NCBI GenBank assembly: GCA_965216875.1
Contig: OZ244207.1
Coordinates: 1,408,001 to 1,472,000, forward strand
Reading direction: 5' to 3'
From: Rubripirellula sp.
Lineage (GTDB): Bacteria; Planctomycetota; Planctomycetia; Pirellulales; Pirellulaceae
Length of the DNA: 64,000 nucleotides
Part shown: in pieces, positions 29,449 to 38,999 of the stretch
Layout: every line of letters starts with the position of its first letter
Numbering within the stretch: position 1 is the stretch's first letter
Notes under the pieces: model-generated
Told to the model about the DNA's origin: nothing
What the model saw: only the letters and a program-made list of their open reading frames with translations
Databases searched by the model: none
Position numbers and translations under genes: made by a program

Positions 29449-31479
29449 ATGACCAACCTACAACAACTCCGGAACATTGGCGTCTCGGCACATATCGATG
29501 CTGGCAAGACAACCCTTACCGAACGAATGCTCTACTTCAGCGGCCGCATCCATAAGGCGGGTGAAGTTCACGACGGGAACGCAACGATGGATAGCGGCGC
29601 AATCGAGCGTCGACGTGGCATCACAATTTCGTCAGCTGCGACGCAAATCCCTTGGGACGATCACACAATCAACATCATCGACACGCCTGGCCACGTCGAC
29701 TTTACCGTCGAAGTGGAACGTTCGTTGCGCGTGCTCGATGGAGCGGTGTTGGTGCTGTGCGCCGTTGGTGGTGTGCAGAGTCAAACGCGCACCGTCGATC
29801 GACAAATGCGCCGGCATGGTGTTCCACGCATCGCGTTGATCAACAAGATGGATCGCGCCGGCGCCGACCCGGGCCGCGTTTTCGAGCAACTGCACGAGCG
29901 GTTGGGCGCCAATCCTGTTGCGATACAACTTCCGATTGGAAGGGAAGGTTCGTTCTGTGGCGTTGTCGATTTGGTCGAGATGGACGCAGTCTTTTTCGAG
30001 GGTGTCGACGGCAAAGCGGTTCGGCGAGCTGAGATTCCAGCGGAACTCTTGGACGCAGCGGAGACCGCTCGCCAGCAGATGCTTGAATCACTCGCGATGT
30101 TGGACGACTGCATCATGAAGCGTGTGCTTGAACATGAAACGCCAACCAACGAGGACGTCTACCGGGTGCTCAGTAACGCCACGATTGAGCGGCAGATCAC
30201 TCCGGTGCTTTACGCAAGTGCGTTCAAGAACATTGGCGTTCAAGCACTGCTTGATGCCGTTTGTCGATACTTGCCGCGCCCAACGAATCGAGTGATCGAG
30301 ATCGCGGATCAGGCCAGTGATCAGCAATCGGAACTTGACCCTGACTCACTTGTTGCGATGGCGTTCAAGACGACGATCGAATCGTTTGGTCAGTTGACCT
30401 ACCTGAGGCTATATCAGGGCAGGCTGTCCAAGGGAGCGACCGTTTGGTTGGCACATTCGCAGCGTAAGGTGCGGGTCGGGCGTTTGGTTCGCATGTTTGC
30501 AGATCGCCGTGAAGAGGTGGGGTCAGCGTCGGCGGGCGAGATTGTTGGGATCGTTGGATTGGATTGTCCTTCGGGCGAAACGATCACTTCCGATCCGACG
30601 ACGCTACGGCTTGAAGGGATCGTTGCCGCCGAGCCTGTGGTTCAGCGTTCCATTGTTCCTGTGGATCGCGGCGATTCAATCCGCTTGGCGAAACAGCTCG
30701 ACCGTTTTCGGCGAGATGATCCGACCTTTCGTGTGATGTCAGACCCTGAATCGGGAGAGACGCTGATCGCTGGTATGGGACAACTGCACTTAGAAGTCTA
30801 CGTCGAACGATTGCAAACTGAGTTTGGAATCAAATGCGAGACGGGGCCGCCAAGGGTTGCCTACCGGATGCGTCCGACACGCCCGGTTGAGTTTGATCAT
30901 CGACTGAAAAAGCAGTCGGGCGGATCGGGCGAGTACGCGCACTTGGTTGGAATGCTTGAACCAACGGTACAGGAAGAGGCTGATTTTGAGTTCGAAAGCC
31001 AAATCACGGGCGGTCGAATTTCGTCACGCTTCGTCCACGCCGCTTGTGACGGCTTCAAGCTGGCGTTCGAAAAAGGTCCTCGCGATGGCTATCCCGTCAC
31101 CGGAGTTCGTATCAAGCTTTGTGACGGCGGCGAACATGAAAAGGACTCTTCGGAGTTGGCGTTTCGAAAGTGTGCCGACGAAGCCGTGCGCGATGTGATT
31201 CTCCCCATGGCAAACCTCGAAGTCCTTGAGCCGGTGATGCTGGTCCGCATCGATGTGCCGGTGGACTACCAAGGTGCGGTGACGGGCCAATTGCTGCAGC
31301 TGCGTGGGACCGTTTCAACGACCGAAACGTCGGCGACGCACTGCGAAATCACTGCCGAAGTCCCGCTGGCCAACATGTTTGACTTTTCAAGTCAGCTGCG
31401 ATCGTTGACCAAGGGCGAGGGAGACTTTTCGATGCAGCCACATGTTTATCGGCCTTGTCCGCGAGAGCATGTGCGCTAG
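29449..31479 (+). CDS. fusA: Elongation factor G (divergent paralog)
   Basis: AHIDAGKTT, RGITI, DTPGHVDF, NKMD, GMGQLHLE, KKQSGG, DSSELAF, LEPVM. Not in an rpsL-rpsG-tuf context. Confidence 0.9.
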   Translation: MTNLQQLRNIGVSAHIDAGKTTLTERMLYFSGRIHKAGEVHDGNATMDSGAIERRRGITISSAATQIPWDDHTINIIDTPGHVDFTVEVERSLRVLDGAVLVLCAVGGVQSQTRTVDRQMRRHGVPRIALINKMDRAGADPGRVFEQLHERLGANPVAIQLPIGREGSFCGVVDLVEMDAVFFEGVDGKAVRRAEIPAELLDAAETARQQMLESLAMLDDCIMKRVLEHETPTNEDVYRVLSNATIERQITPVLYASAFKNIGVQALLDAVCRYLPRPTNRVIEIADQASDQQSELDPDSLVAMAFKTTIESFGQLTYLRLYQGRLSKGATVWLAHSQRKVRVGRLVRMFADRREEVGSASAGEIVGIVGLDCPSGETITSDPTTLRLEGIVAAEPVVQRSIVPVDRGDSIRLAKQLDRFRRDDPTFRVMSDPESGETLIAGMGQLHLEVYVERLQTEFGIKCETGPPRVAYRMRPTRPVEFDHRLKKQSGGSGEYAHLVGMLEPTVQEEADFEFESQITGGRISSRFVHAACDGFKLAFEKGPRDGYPVTGVRIKLCDGGEHEKDSSELAFRKCADEAVRDVILPMANLEVLEPVMLVRIDVPVDYQGAVTGQLLQLRGTVSTTETSATHCEITAEVPLANMFDFSSQLRSLTKGEGDFSMQPHVYRPCPREHVR

Positions 31480-31617
31480 CGGACGTCATCGCCATTTGAC
31501 CTTGCTTCGGCTCACGTGGTCGGAGCAAGGTTTTTTCATTCACATTTGCACGGCGTCGGCGCGTTGGAGCCGCTCTGATATTCTCGATGCGCACTTCTCT
31601 CTGTTCTGCGAAATCCA

Positions 31618-32898
31618 ATGGCTGACGAAACTTCAATCGAATCACTCGACCGACGGCATTTGCTGCATCCCTATTCATCGTTGACCGCGGGCGATCAGGT
31701 TCATGTGGTCGAACATGCGGAAGGCGTGCGTTTGCATTTGAGCAACGGCCGCGTGATCGTTGATGGGATGTCCTCGTGGTGGGCGGCAATTCATGGCTAC
31801 AACCATCCTCGACTGCGTCAGGCTGCACTGGACCAATTAAATGATTTTTCGCACGTCATGTTTGGTGGCCTGACGCATCAGCCTGCCGCGCGTCTCGGGC
31901 AACAATTGCTCGAAGTTGCCGACCCATCACTGGAAGTGATTTTCTATTGCGATTCCGGTTCGGTCAGTGTCGAAGTTGCGGTGAAGATGGCACTGCAATA
32001 TTGGACATCACAGGGACGTCCGCAGAAGGACACGATCGCGACTGTCAACGGCGGCTACCATGGCGACACGATGGGAGTGATCGCCCTGTGTGATCCCGGC
32101 AATGGGATGCACAAAGCGTTCAATTTTCGACCGTTTCCAACGCTCTTTTGCGGCCTTCCGCCAGCGGAATCGGTAAGCGTTCAAGATGCCATCGATCGAC
32201 TCGAAGCTGCACTGAAGCGTTCCGCGGATTCGATCGCAGCCTTTGTCATTGAGCCCATCGTTCAAAATGCGGGCGGTCTGCATTTCTACAGCCCCGCGTA
32301 TTTGAAAGCAGCCCGGCAGTTGTGCGACGAGTACGAGGTGTTGTTGATTACCGATGAGATCGCAACCGGTTTTGGACGTACCGGCAAAATGTTCGCCTGT
32401 GAACACGCCGGCGTCGCGCCCGATATTCAATGCGTTGGCAAAGCGCTCAGCGGCGGCATGGTCTCGTTGGCGGCGACGATGACCACACGCAAGATTGCGG
32501 AAGGGATTTCGGGAACGGACAACAGACCGTTTATGCACGGCCCCACTTACATGGGCAATCCGCTCGCCTGTGCGATCGCTGCCGAGAACATCGCGTTGCT
32601 GCGGTCGTATAACTGGCACGCGACCATTCAGGATTTGCAAAGTTGGCTCCGCATCGGACTGGAACCATGCCGCGCTTTGTCGCAGGTCGCGGATGTGCGT
32701 GTCCTTGGTGCAATCGGTGTCGTACAAACAGTGGATCCAGTGGACACGGCGGTTTTGCAATCTCGTTTTGTGGATGCAGGCGTTTGGGTGCGACCGTTTC
32801 GTGATTTGATCTACATCACTCCGCCGTACATTTCGACTCAGGCCGACATCGAATTGTTGACCGCGGCGATCGGTGACGTTGTGGCCAACGATCTTTGA
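31618..32898 (+). CDS. bioA: Adenosylmethionine-8-amino-7-oxononanoate aminotransferase
   Basis: HPYSS, DGMSSWWAAIHGYNHP, HVMFGGLTH, SGSVSVEVAVKMA, GYHGDT, DEIATGFGRTG, GKALSGG, FMHGPTYMGNPLACA. Confidence 0.95.
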   Translation: MADETSIESLDRRHLLHPYSSLTAGDQVHVVEHAEGVRLHLSNGRVIVDGMSSWWAAIHGYNHPRLRQAALDQLNDFSHVMFGGLTHQPAARLGQQLLEVADPSLEVIFYCDSGSVSVEVAVKMALQYWTSQGRPQKDTIATVNGGYHGDTMGVIALCDPGNGMHKAFNFRPFPTLFCGLPPAESVSVQDAIDRLEAALKRSADSIAAFVIEPIVQNAGGLHFYSPAYLKAARQLCDEYEVLLITDEIATGFGRTGKMFACEHAGVAPDIQCVGKALSGGMVSLAATMTTRKIAEGISGTDNRPFMHGPTYMGNPLACAIAAENIALLRSYNWHATIQDLQSWLRIGLEPCRALSQVADVRVLGAIGVVQTVDPVDTAVLQSRFVDAGVWVRPFRDLIYITPPYISTQADIELLTAAIGDVVANDL

Positions 32899-32933
32899 TC
32901 GTCAGACGGAGACGCTTTTGGGGGAAGCGAACC

Positions 32934-34259
32934 ATGGACCAGCCAGCGTACAAACTTCCCAGTGGCCCCAAGGGGAAATGGCGGACAACGCTCAAGTTGA
33001 TTCGCAGCCCACGTGATGCGTTCGCCGAGTGGACCGACAAGTATGGCGACCCGTTTTACTTTCATGCCTTGAACGGGCCGGTCGTCGTCACGGGCCGCGC
33101 CGAGTTGATTCGTGAGATCTTTGCTCACGACCCAATGGAATTTGACGCCTTTGCACAGGAGGCCCTGCGGCCGATGCTCGGTGCGGGGTCGATGTTGATG
33201 CTCTCGGGCGAAACGCATCGACGCGAACGCAAATTGATCATGCCAATGTTCCACGGCGATCGGATGCGCGCCTACGCCGAGATCATTCGTGATGCGACGA
33301 GGCAATGTTTGGCGTACCAGCCGAGCGGGCAAACGTTCGAGATGCTCGACGTGACCACTCAGATTTCGCTGCGAGTGATCGTCCAAGCGATCTTCGGCGG
33401 AGAAAACCGAGCGACGGTTGAGCGGTTGCTTGACCTGGCGAGAAACGTTGTGCGTTACAGTGCGCCGATTCTCTTCTTTTCTCCAAAGCTCCACCGCAGC
33501 TTTTTGGGAATCAGCCCTTGGGACAAGTTCGTCCGGGCTCAGTCAAACTTGAGAGACGCGATCGAAGAAGAGATCGCACGTCGCAAAGCGGATCCGGCTG
33601 ATCGCGAGGACATCCTGACCCTCCTGCTCGACGCTCGCTATGAAGATGGAACGGGGATCGATCCCGAGCATGCCTTTGACGAACTTGGGACCTTTCTGTT
33701 TGCGGGGCACGAGACGTCGGCCCTGGCGATGGCATGGGCCGTTTATCACCTACTGCGAAACCCGGACAAGCTTGAAGCACTCTGTCAGGAGCTTGATGCG
33801 GCGGGGGATGTTTCAGCAGAGGAGATGGCAAAGTTGCCGTACTTGAAGGCGGTGGTTCAAGAGACGCTGCGGTTGCATCCCATTGTGACCGAAGTGTTGC
33901 GGCTCCTGAAATCGCCGATGAAGCTTGGTGAATACTATTTGCCGGCCGGTGTCGCGGTTGCTCCGGCTGCCGTCATGGCACACTACAACGAAGACAATTT
34001 TGAATCGGCCGAAACCTTCCGCCCCGAGCGTTTCCTTGGCCAGTCCTACACGCCCGCCCAGTACATGCCATTTGGTGGCGGGCATCGCAGATGCGCCGGG
34101 GCAGCGTTCGCTTCTTATGAGATTGCGATTGCACTCGGGACCATGTTCCAAGACTACAGGTTTGAGTTAAGGGAGCCCAAGCCCGTTGTGCCCAAACGAG
34201 GCAACATCACGATGGGCCCCTCGACGGGAATTCGCGTCAGTGGTGTGCGACGCGACTAG
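32934..34259 (+). CDS. Cytochrome P450
   Basis: I-helix AGHETSA, ExLR (ETLRLHP), PERF, heme motif FGGGHRRCAG. ATG at 32934 follows GGGGAAG. Confidence 0.95.
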   Translation: MDQPAYKLPSGPKGKWRTTLKLIRSPRDAFAEWTDKYGDPFYFHALNGPVVVTGRAELIREIFAHDPMEFDAFAQEALRPMLGAGSMLMLSGETHRRERKLIMPMFHGDRMRAYAEIIRDATRQCLAYQPSGQTFEMLDVTTQISLRVIVQAIFGGENRATVERLLDLARNVVRYSAPILFFSPKLHRSFLGISPWDKFVRAQSNLRDAIEEEIARRKADPADREDILTLLLDARYEDGTGIDPEHAFDELGTFLFAGHETSALAMAWAVYHLLRNPDKLEALCQELDAAGDVSAEEMAKLPYLKAVVQETLRLHPIVTEVLRLLKSPMKLGEYYLPAGVAVAPAAVMAHYNEDNFESAETFRPERFLGQSYTPAQYMPFGGGHRRCAGAAFASYEIAIALGTMFQDYRFELREPKPVVPKRGNITMGPSTGIRVSGVRRD

Positions 34260-34372
34260 TTCTCGACGCCAAGCAAGTTGAAAAGTTTTTTTAGACTTCT
34301 CCCGACCCAACCACCGGCCTGGGGCGTATTGCCTCCTACATCTTATCTTTTCTTTTAGACGATGGCGGTTTA

Positions 34373-34582
34373 GTGATGGCTAAACGGGTCCTTGTTCTTT
34401 CATCTGTTTCGATTGGCGTCGTTGTACTCTTCTTCATCGTCGCCGCCTTTGTGGAACGTCGTTCCGATCGTGTCGAGCCGAATCGTCGGCCGACGCCTTC
34501 TCAACTCGTCGAATACACCCGCTCACTGAACGACCTGGAGGGCTCGCCGCGATCCGGCGAACTCAACAGACCGGCAGGCTAA
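34373..34582 (+). CDS. Small single-TM hypothetical protein preceding a DUF1559 gene
   Basis: Hydrophobic N-terminal segment; position typical of DUF1559 partner genes. Confidence 0.5.
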   Translation: MMAKRVLVLSSVSIGVVVLFFIVAAFVERRSDRVEPNRRPTPSQLVEYTRSLNDLEGSPRSGELNRPAG

Positions 34583-34673
34583 TTCAGGGTAACAAGTGGG
34601 GGGATCGTCGGCTCGCGCGCCATTCGGAACGCTGCGAGCTGATGATCGGTTGCTACCAGCAGGGAGAAGTTGG

Positions 34674-35912
34674 ATGAATCGTGGTCTTCGAAAATATGGT
34701 TTGGCTTGGGTCGAAGCCGTGTTTGTGGTTGGCATTGTGGGAATCGGATTGGCATTCCTACTTCCCGGGTTACAAGCGGGGCGCGAAGCGGCTCGGCGGA
34801 GGGCGTGCAGCAATAACTTCAAGAACATCGGACTCGCGATCCATGACTATCATTCGACGCACAAGATGATGCCAATGCATGGCACGGGGCCAGCGAACGA
34901 ATTGAATGATGATTGTTGTGGAAGTGCCATTCGTCCTGGGCACGGGATGATTGCGGTTGCATCAGCACGACACCAGTTGAGTTTCCTAGTTGGGATACTG
35001 CCGTTTGCAAACCAACAGGAACTTTGGAACAAGATCTCGATTGGACACACCGACAAGCGAGGCGCGCGTTGGCCGGCGTTTGGGCCAGCACCCTACACTG
35101 CGATTTACGACCCCTGGAATTCTGAAATCCCACTGTACCGTTGCCCAAGCGACCCCGGCGAAGGTTGGCCAGCCCTTGGACGCACGAACTACGCTGCTTG
35201 TGTTGGCGACAGTGCGTTTCGAACGGACGATGAAAGCTGGTCCTACTTCAAAGGATCGTCCTGGAGGTATGGCGGCAGCAACGCGTTTCGTGCTCGGCAA
35301 GTCAAAGCGTCGGTGCGTGGTGCATTCGTGCCACGACGGGTGATGAAGTTCCGGGATGTGTTGGACGGTCTTGCCAATACGATAATGGCCGGCGAAATCG
35401 CGACGGACCTCGGTGATCGTGACTTCCGAACGGTTGGCTCTCAAGGCAATGGACGCAATAACGTCTTGGAGAATCCAAAGTTCTGCGCCGACTCCGAACA
35501 GATCGACGAAGAGAAGCCAACGTTTTGGGCAAGTGGAGAGAACGATCGCGCGCCGAACTTGACCGTCGACGCGACCTCACGTGGTGCACGGTGGGCCGAC
35601 TTTCGCCCGCTCTACACGCAGGTCAACACCATCCTGCCGCCAAACGCTGAAGTTTGTTTGCAAGGTTCGCATCGGCAAGATGGGATTGTGCCGCCAAGTA
35701 GTCGACACCCAGGCGGTGCGCATATCCTGATGGGTGACGGGGCCGTGATTTTCATTACCGACTCGATCGAAGCGGGGGATCAACGGGCTCCGGTCGTCTA
35801 CTATCGCAACAGCCAGAATCTTTGTTGCGTCGGCGAGGTGAGTCCGTATGGACTTTGGGGGGCACTCGGAACGCGGGCGTCAAAAGAGGTGCTTGAAGAA
35901 GAGCTTTACTGA
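34674..35912 (+). CDS. DUF1559 protein with degenerate prepilin N-terminus
   Basis: GLAWVEAVFVVGIVGI...REAARRRACSNNFKNIGL; CPSDPG; DGLANT; HPGGAHILMGDG; YGLWGALGTR shared with 17293..18555. Confidence 0.9.
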   Translation: MNRGLRKYGLAWVEAVFVVGIVGIGLAFLLPGLQAGREAARRRACSNNFKNIGLAIHDYHSTHKMMPMHGTGPANELNDDCCGSAIRPGHGMIAVASARHQLSFLVGILPFANQQELWNKISIGHTDKRGARWPAFGPAPYTAIYDPWNSEIPLYRCPSDPGEGWPALGRTNYAACVGDSAFRTDDESWSYFKGSSWRYGGSNAFRARQVKASVRGAFVPRRVMKFRDVLDGLANTIMAGEIATDLGDRDFRTVGSQGNGRNNVLENPKFCADSEQIDEEKPTFWASGENDRAPNLTVDATSRGARWADFRPLYTQVNTILPPNAEVCLQGSHRQDGIVPPSSRHPGGAHILMGDGAVIFITDSIEAGDQRAPVVYYRNSQNLCCVGEVSPYGLWGALGTRASKEVLEEELY

Positions 35913-36127
35913 CGACACTCTCCCGCTCACGGTCGTGAGCAACGTAAGGTGGCATTGGTCGCATCATTCTAGGAGCGGTCAGGGGGAAACATTGAAGCGT
36001 TAGCTTAGGTGAGTGATGTGACGGAGTCCTGGATACTCGCGTCGTCAGGCCCTTCGGCAGCGGGCGAGTAACCAAGCTATAATCGCCGCTCCTACCGCTC
36101 CTTTCCTACCCCCTACGGACAACAAGC

Positions 36128-37693
36128 ATGCGCCGAGCCACCACGGGACGCTTTTTCGGTTTCTCAATCCTTCTTTTGAGTCTTCTCTGCGCCAATGCCA
36201 GCGCCGCAGACGCGCCAAACATGATCTTTATCCTCGCTGATGATCAGGGGTTTGGGGATGTGTCGGCTTTGAACCCAGAGTCGAAGATTCCGACGCCCAA
36301 CATTGATCGCATCGCCAAGGAGGGAATGATCTTTGAGGACGGGCATTCGTCATCAGCGGTGTGCACACCGACGCGTTACAGCGTTTTGACAGGACGCTAT
36401 CATTGGCGCACCCATTTGCAAAAAGGTGTCTTGGGGGGCTTTTCCAAGCCGTTGATTTCGCAGGGACGCATGACGATCGCGTCGATGCTGAAAGACAAGG
36501 GCTACCGCACAGGATGCATCGGCAAATGGCATTTGGGTTGGAACTGGCCTCTCAAGGATGGTGGCACAGCCGACGACAAGGGCAACTTTTCGGGCGGTTT
36601 CAAGAAGGGTTGGGACGTCGACTACACCGGCGAGATTGTTGATGGGCCCAACGACGTCGGCTTTGACTACTTTTTTGGGATCAGTGCATCGCTCGATATG
36701 CCACCCTATGTCTTCGTTCGCAACCGCGTGCCTACCGAACCTGCAACGGTCGAGAAAGCATTTCATCGCAAAGGCCCTGCTGGCAAGAACTTCGAAGCCG
36801 TCGATGTCCTGCCAACCATCACCGAAGAAGCGGTGAAGTTCATCAATCAGTCGGCCAACAAAGAAAAGCCCTTCTATCTTTACTTTCCCTTGAACGCGCC
36901 GCATACGCCCATTGTTCCTGCAGGTGAGTGGCAAGGAAAAAGCGGAATCAACAAGTACGCAGACTTCACGATGCAAGTCGATTGGACGGTCGGTCAAGTC
37001 CTGAGGGCTCTCGACGAAAACCGAATTGCTGACAACACCATCGTCTTGTTCACGACGGATAACGGTTGTTCACCACAAGCGAAGATTCCCGAGCTTGAAG
37101 CGGCCGGGCACGACCACAACTACATCTATCGCGGACACAAGGCGGACATCTACGAAGGCGGCCATCGGGTTCCGTTCGTGTTGCGTTGGCCGAACGGAGT
37201 TGCCGCAGGTTCACGGACCAAGCAAATGGTTGGCCAGTGGGACTTTGTGGCCACGGCGGCTGAGATTGTCGGTGCGGAGATTCCTGAGGATGCCGCCGAA
37301 GACAGCGTGTCGTTCTTGCCCGTGATGAAGGGATCGACCGAGCCGATCCGAAACTCAATTGTGTCGCAGTCGATTGGTGGACAATTTGCGATTCGCGATG
37401 GCAATTGGAAGCTTTGCCTTTGCCCGGGATCGGGTGGCTGGAGCGCGCCACGGCCCGGCCGAGTCGATATGAGCAAGAACCCACCGATGCAGTTGTTTGA
37501 CCTCGAAGCCGATCCCGGTGAGACAATCAATTTGGCACCCGATCAGCCCGAACGCGTCGAGAAGATGTCCGCAATGCTTCGCTCGGTGATCGATCGCGGT
37601 CGCTCGACCGATGGACCTGGACTTAAGAACGACGTGGACATCGTGATGGTCAAGCCGATCCCTAAGCCAAGGGTAAGAAACAACAAGAAGTAG
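36128..37693 (+). CDS. Arylsulfatase (Cys-type)
   Basis: PNMIFILADDQG, CTPTRYSVLTG, GKWHLG, TDNG, YEGGHRVP. Confidence 0.95.
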   Translation: MRRATTGRFFGFSILLLSLLCANASAADAPNMIFILADDQGFGDVSALNPESKIPTPNIDRIAKEGMIFEDGHSSSAVCTPTRYSVLTGRYHWRTHLQKGVLGGFSKPLISQGRMTIASMLKDKGYRTGCIGKWHLGWNWPLKDGGTADDKGNFSGGFKKGWDVDYTGEIVDGPNDVGFDYFFGISASLDMPPYVFVRNRVPTEPATVEKAFHRKGPAGKNFEAVDVLPTITEEAVKFINQSANKEKPFYLYFPLNAPHTPIVPAGEWQGKSGINKYADFTMQVDWTVGQVLRALDENRIADNTIVLFTTDNGCSPQAKIPELEAAGHDHNYIYRGHKADIYEGGHRVPFVLRWPNGVAAGSRTKQMVGQWDFVATAAEIVGAEIPEDAAEDSVSFLPVMKGSTEPIRNSIVSQSIGGQFAIRDGNWKLCLCPGSGGWSAPRPGRVDMSKNPPMQLFDLEADPGETINLAPDQPERVEKMSAMLRSVIDRGRSTDGPGLKNDVDIVMVKPIPKPRVRNNKK

Positions 37694-37781
37694 GCAGCCG
37701 AGTGTTCAACCGACCCGTTGGCGTTGTAAGTTGTGCGTCCTGAAGACACTCAACTTGACCCTTCTGCCCAGCGGCAACGTG

Positions 37782-38963
37782 ATGAATCACCCTGCTTCGA
37801 CTCTTGCCTCACGCGTTGATTCTCTCGAACCCGAGGGGGCGTACCGAGTGCTTGCCAAGGCGCAGGAGCTCGAGCGGCAAGGCAAGAGCATCATCCATTT
37901 GGAAATCGGCGAGCCCGATTTCCAGACCGACCCTGCCATTTGCGACGCCGGCATTGCCGCGATATCGGGCGGGCAAACACGTTACAACCCGACGGCTGGG
38001 ATCCCATCGTTGCGGCAGGCGATCGCTGATGACTTGCGCGATCGTCGAGGCGTCAACGTTTCGGTCGAGAACGTTGTGGTCGGGCCGGGCGCTAAACCAC
38101 ACCTGTTTTTTCCAACTCTCGCGATCGTTTCGCCTGGCAATGAGGTTCTGTATCCCGATCCTGGGTTTCCAACCTATGAGGCGATGATTCGAGTCGCCGG
38201 TGGCACGCCGGTTCCGGTCCCGCTGAGTGAAGAGGCTGGGTTTTCGTTCGATCTGCAAGAGCTAGAACGGCTCGTTTCGCCACGCACTCGGATGATCATT
38301 ATCAACTCGCCAAGCAACCCAACCGGCGGCGTGATGCCGATCGAGGACCTCGAGCGTGTTGCTGAGTTAGCCAAGCGGAATGATTGCTGGGTGTTGTCGG
38401 ACGAAATCTATCAGCGGATGTGCTACGACGATGCGGTCGCGCCTAGCATCGCTGCGATTGACGGAATGCTCGAGCGAACCATCTTGGTCGATGGGTTTTC
38501 CAAGACCTACGCGATGACGGGATGGCGGCTTGGATATGGCGTGATGCCGACGGTTTTGGCCGAGAAAGTGAGTCTGTTGCTCGTGCACGCGATTGGTTGC
38601 ACAGCCCACTTCACCCAGATCGCGGGCGAAGCGGCATTGGTTGCCTCACAAAGCCACGTCGATGCGACATTTGCCGAGTACAAGTCGCGGCGTGACGTGC
38701 TGGTCGCCGGTCTGAACTCGATCGACGGTGTCGAATGTCAGACGCCAGTTGGGGCGTTCTACGTGTTTCCAAACGTCAAGGCATTTGGGATCACCAGCGA
38801 TGAACTTGCAGAACGGATTCTGCAAGAAGCGGGAGTCGCATTGTTGCCTGGCACCGCGTTTGGAAGTGGCGGTGAAGGCTATCTGCGTCTTTGCTATGCC
38901 AATTCGTTGGCCAACATCGAATCCGCGATTGAAAGATTGCGTGTCTTCTTTAAGCAGCTCTAG
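37782..38963 (+). CDS. PLP-dependent class I/II aminotransferase (aspartate aminotransferase-like)
   Basis: IGEPDF, NSPSNPTG, SDEIY, GFSKTYAMTGWRLG, GYLRL. Confidence 0.93.
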   Translation: MNHPASTLASRVDSLEPEGAYRVLAKAQELERQGKSIIHLEIGEPDFQTDPAICDAGIAAISGGQTRYNPTAGIPSLRQAIADDLRDRRGVNVSVENVVVGPGAKPHLFFPTLAIVSPGNEVLYPDPGFPTYEAMIRVAGGTPVPVPLSEEAGFSFDLQELERLVSPRTRMIIINSPSNPTGGVMPIEDLERVAELAKRNDCWVLSDEIYQRMCYDDAVAPSIAAIDGMLERTILVDGFSKTYAMTGWRLGYGVMPTVLAEKVSLLLVHAIGCTAHFTQIAGEAALVASQSHVDATFAEYKSRRDVLVAGLNSIDGVECQTPVGAFYVFPNVKAFGITSDELAERILQEAGVALLPGTAFGSGGEGYLRLCYANSLANIESAIERLRVFFKQL

Positions 38964-38999
38964 TGGCAGCAGGAAACGCGGGCGGAGTCGACGTTAGAC

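Noticed and set aside
29449..31479. TetM/TetO-type ribosomal protection protein
   Set aside because: Motifs (KKQSGG, DSSELAF, VEVERSLRVLDGAV with GGVQSQT) and length fit EF-G proper better.
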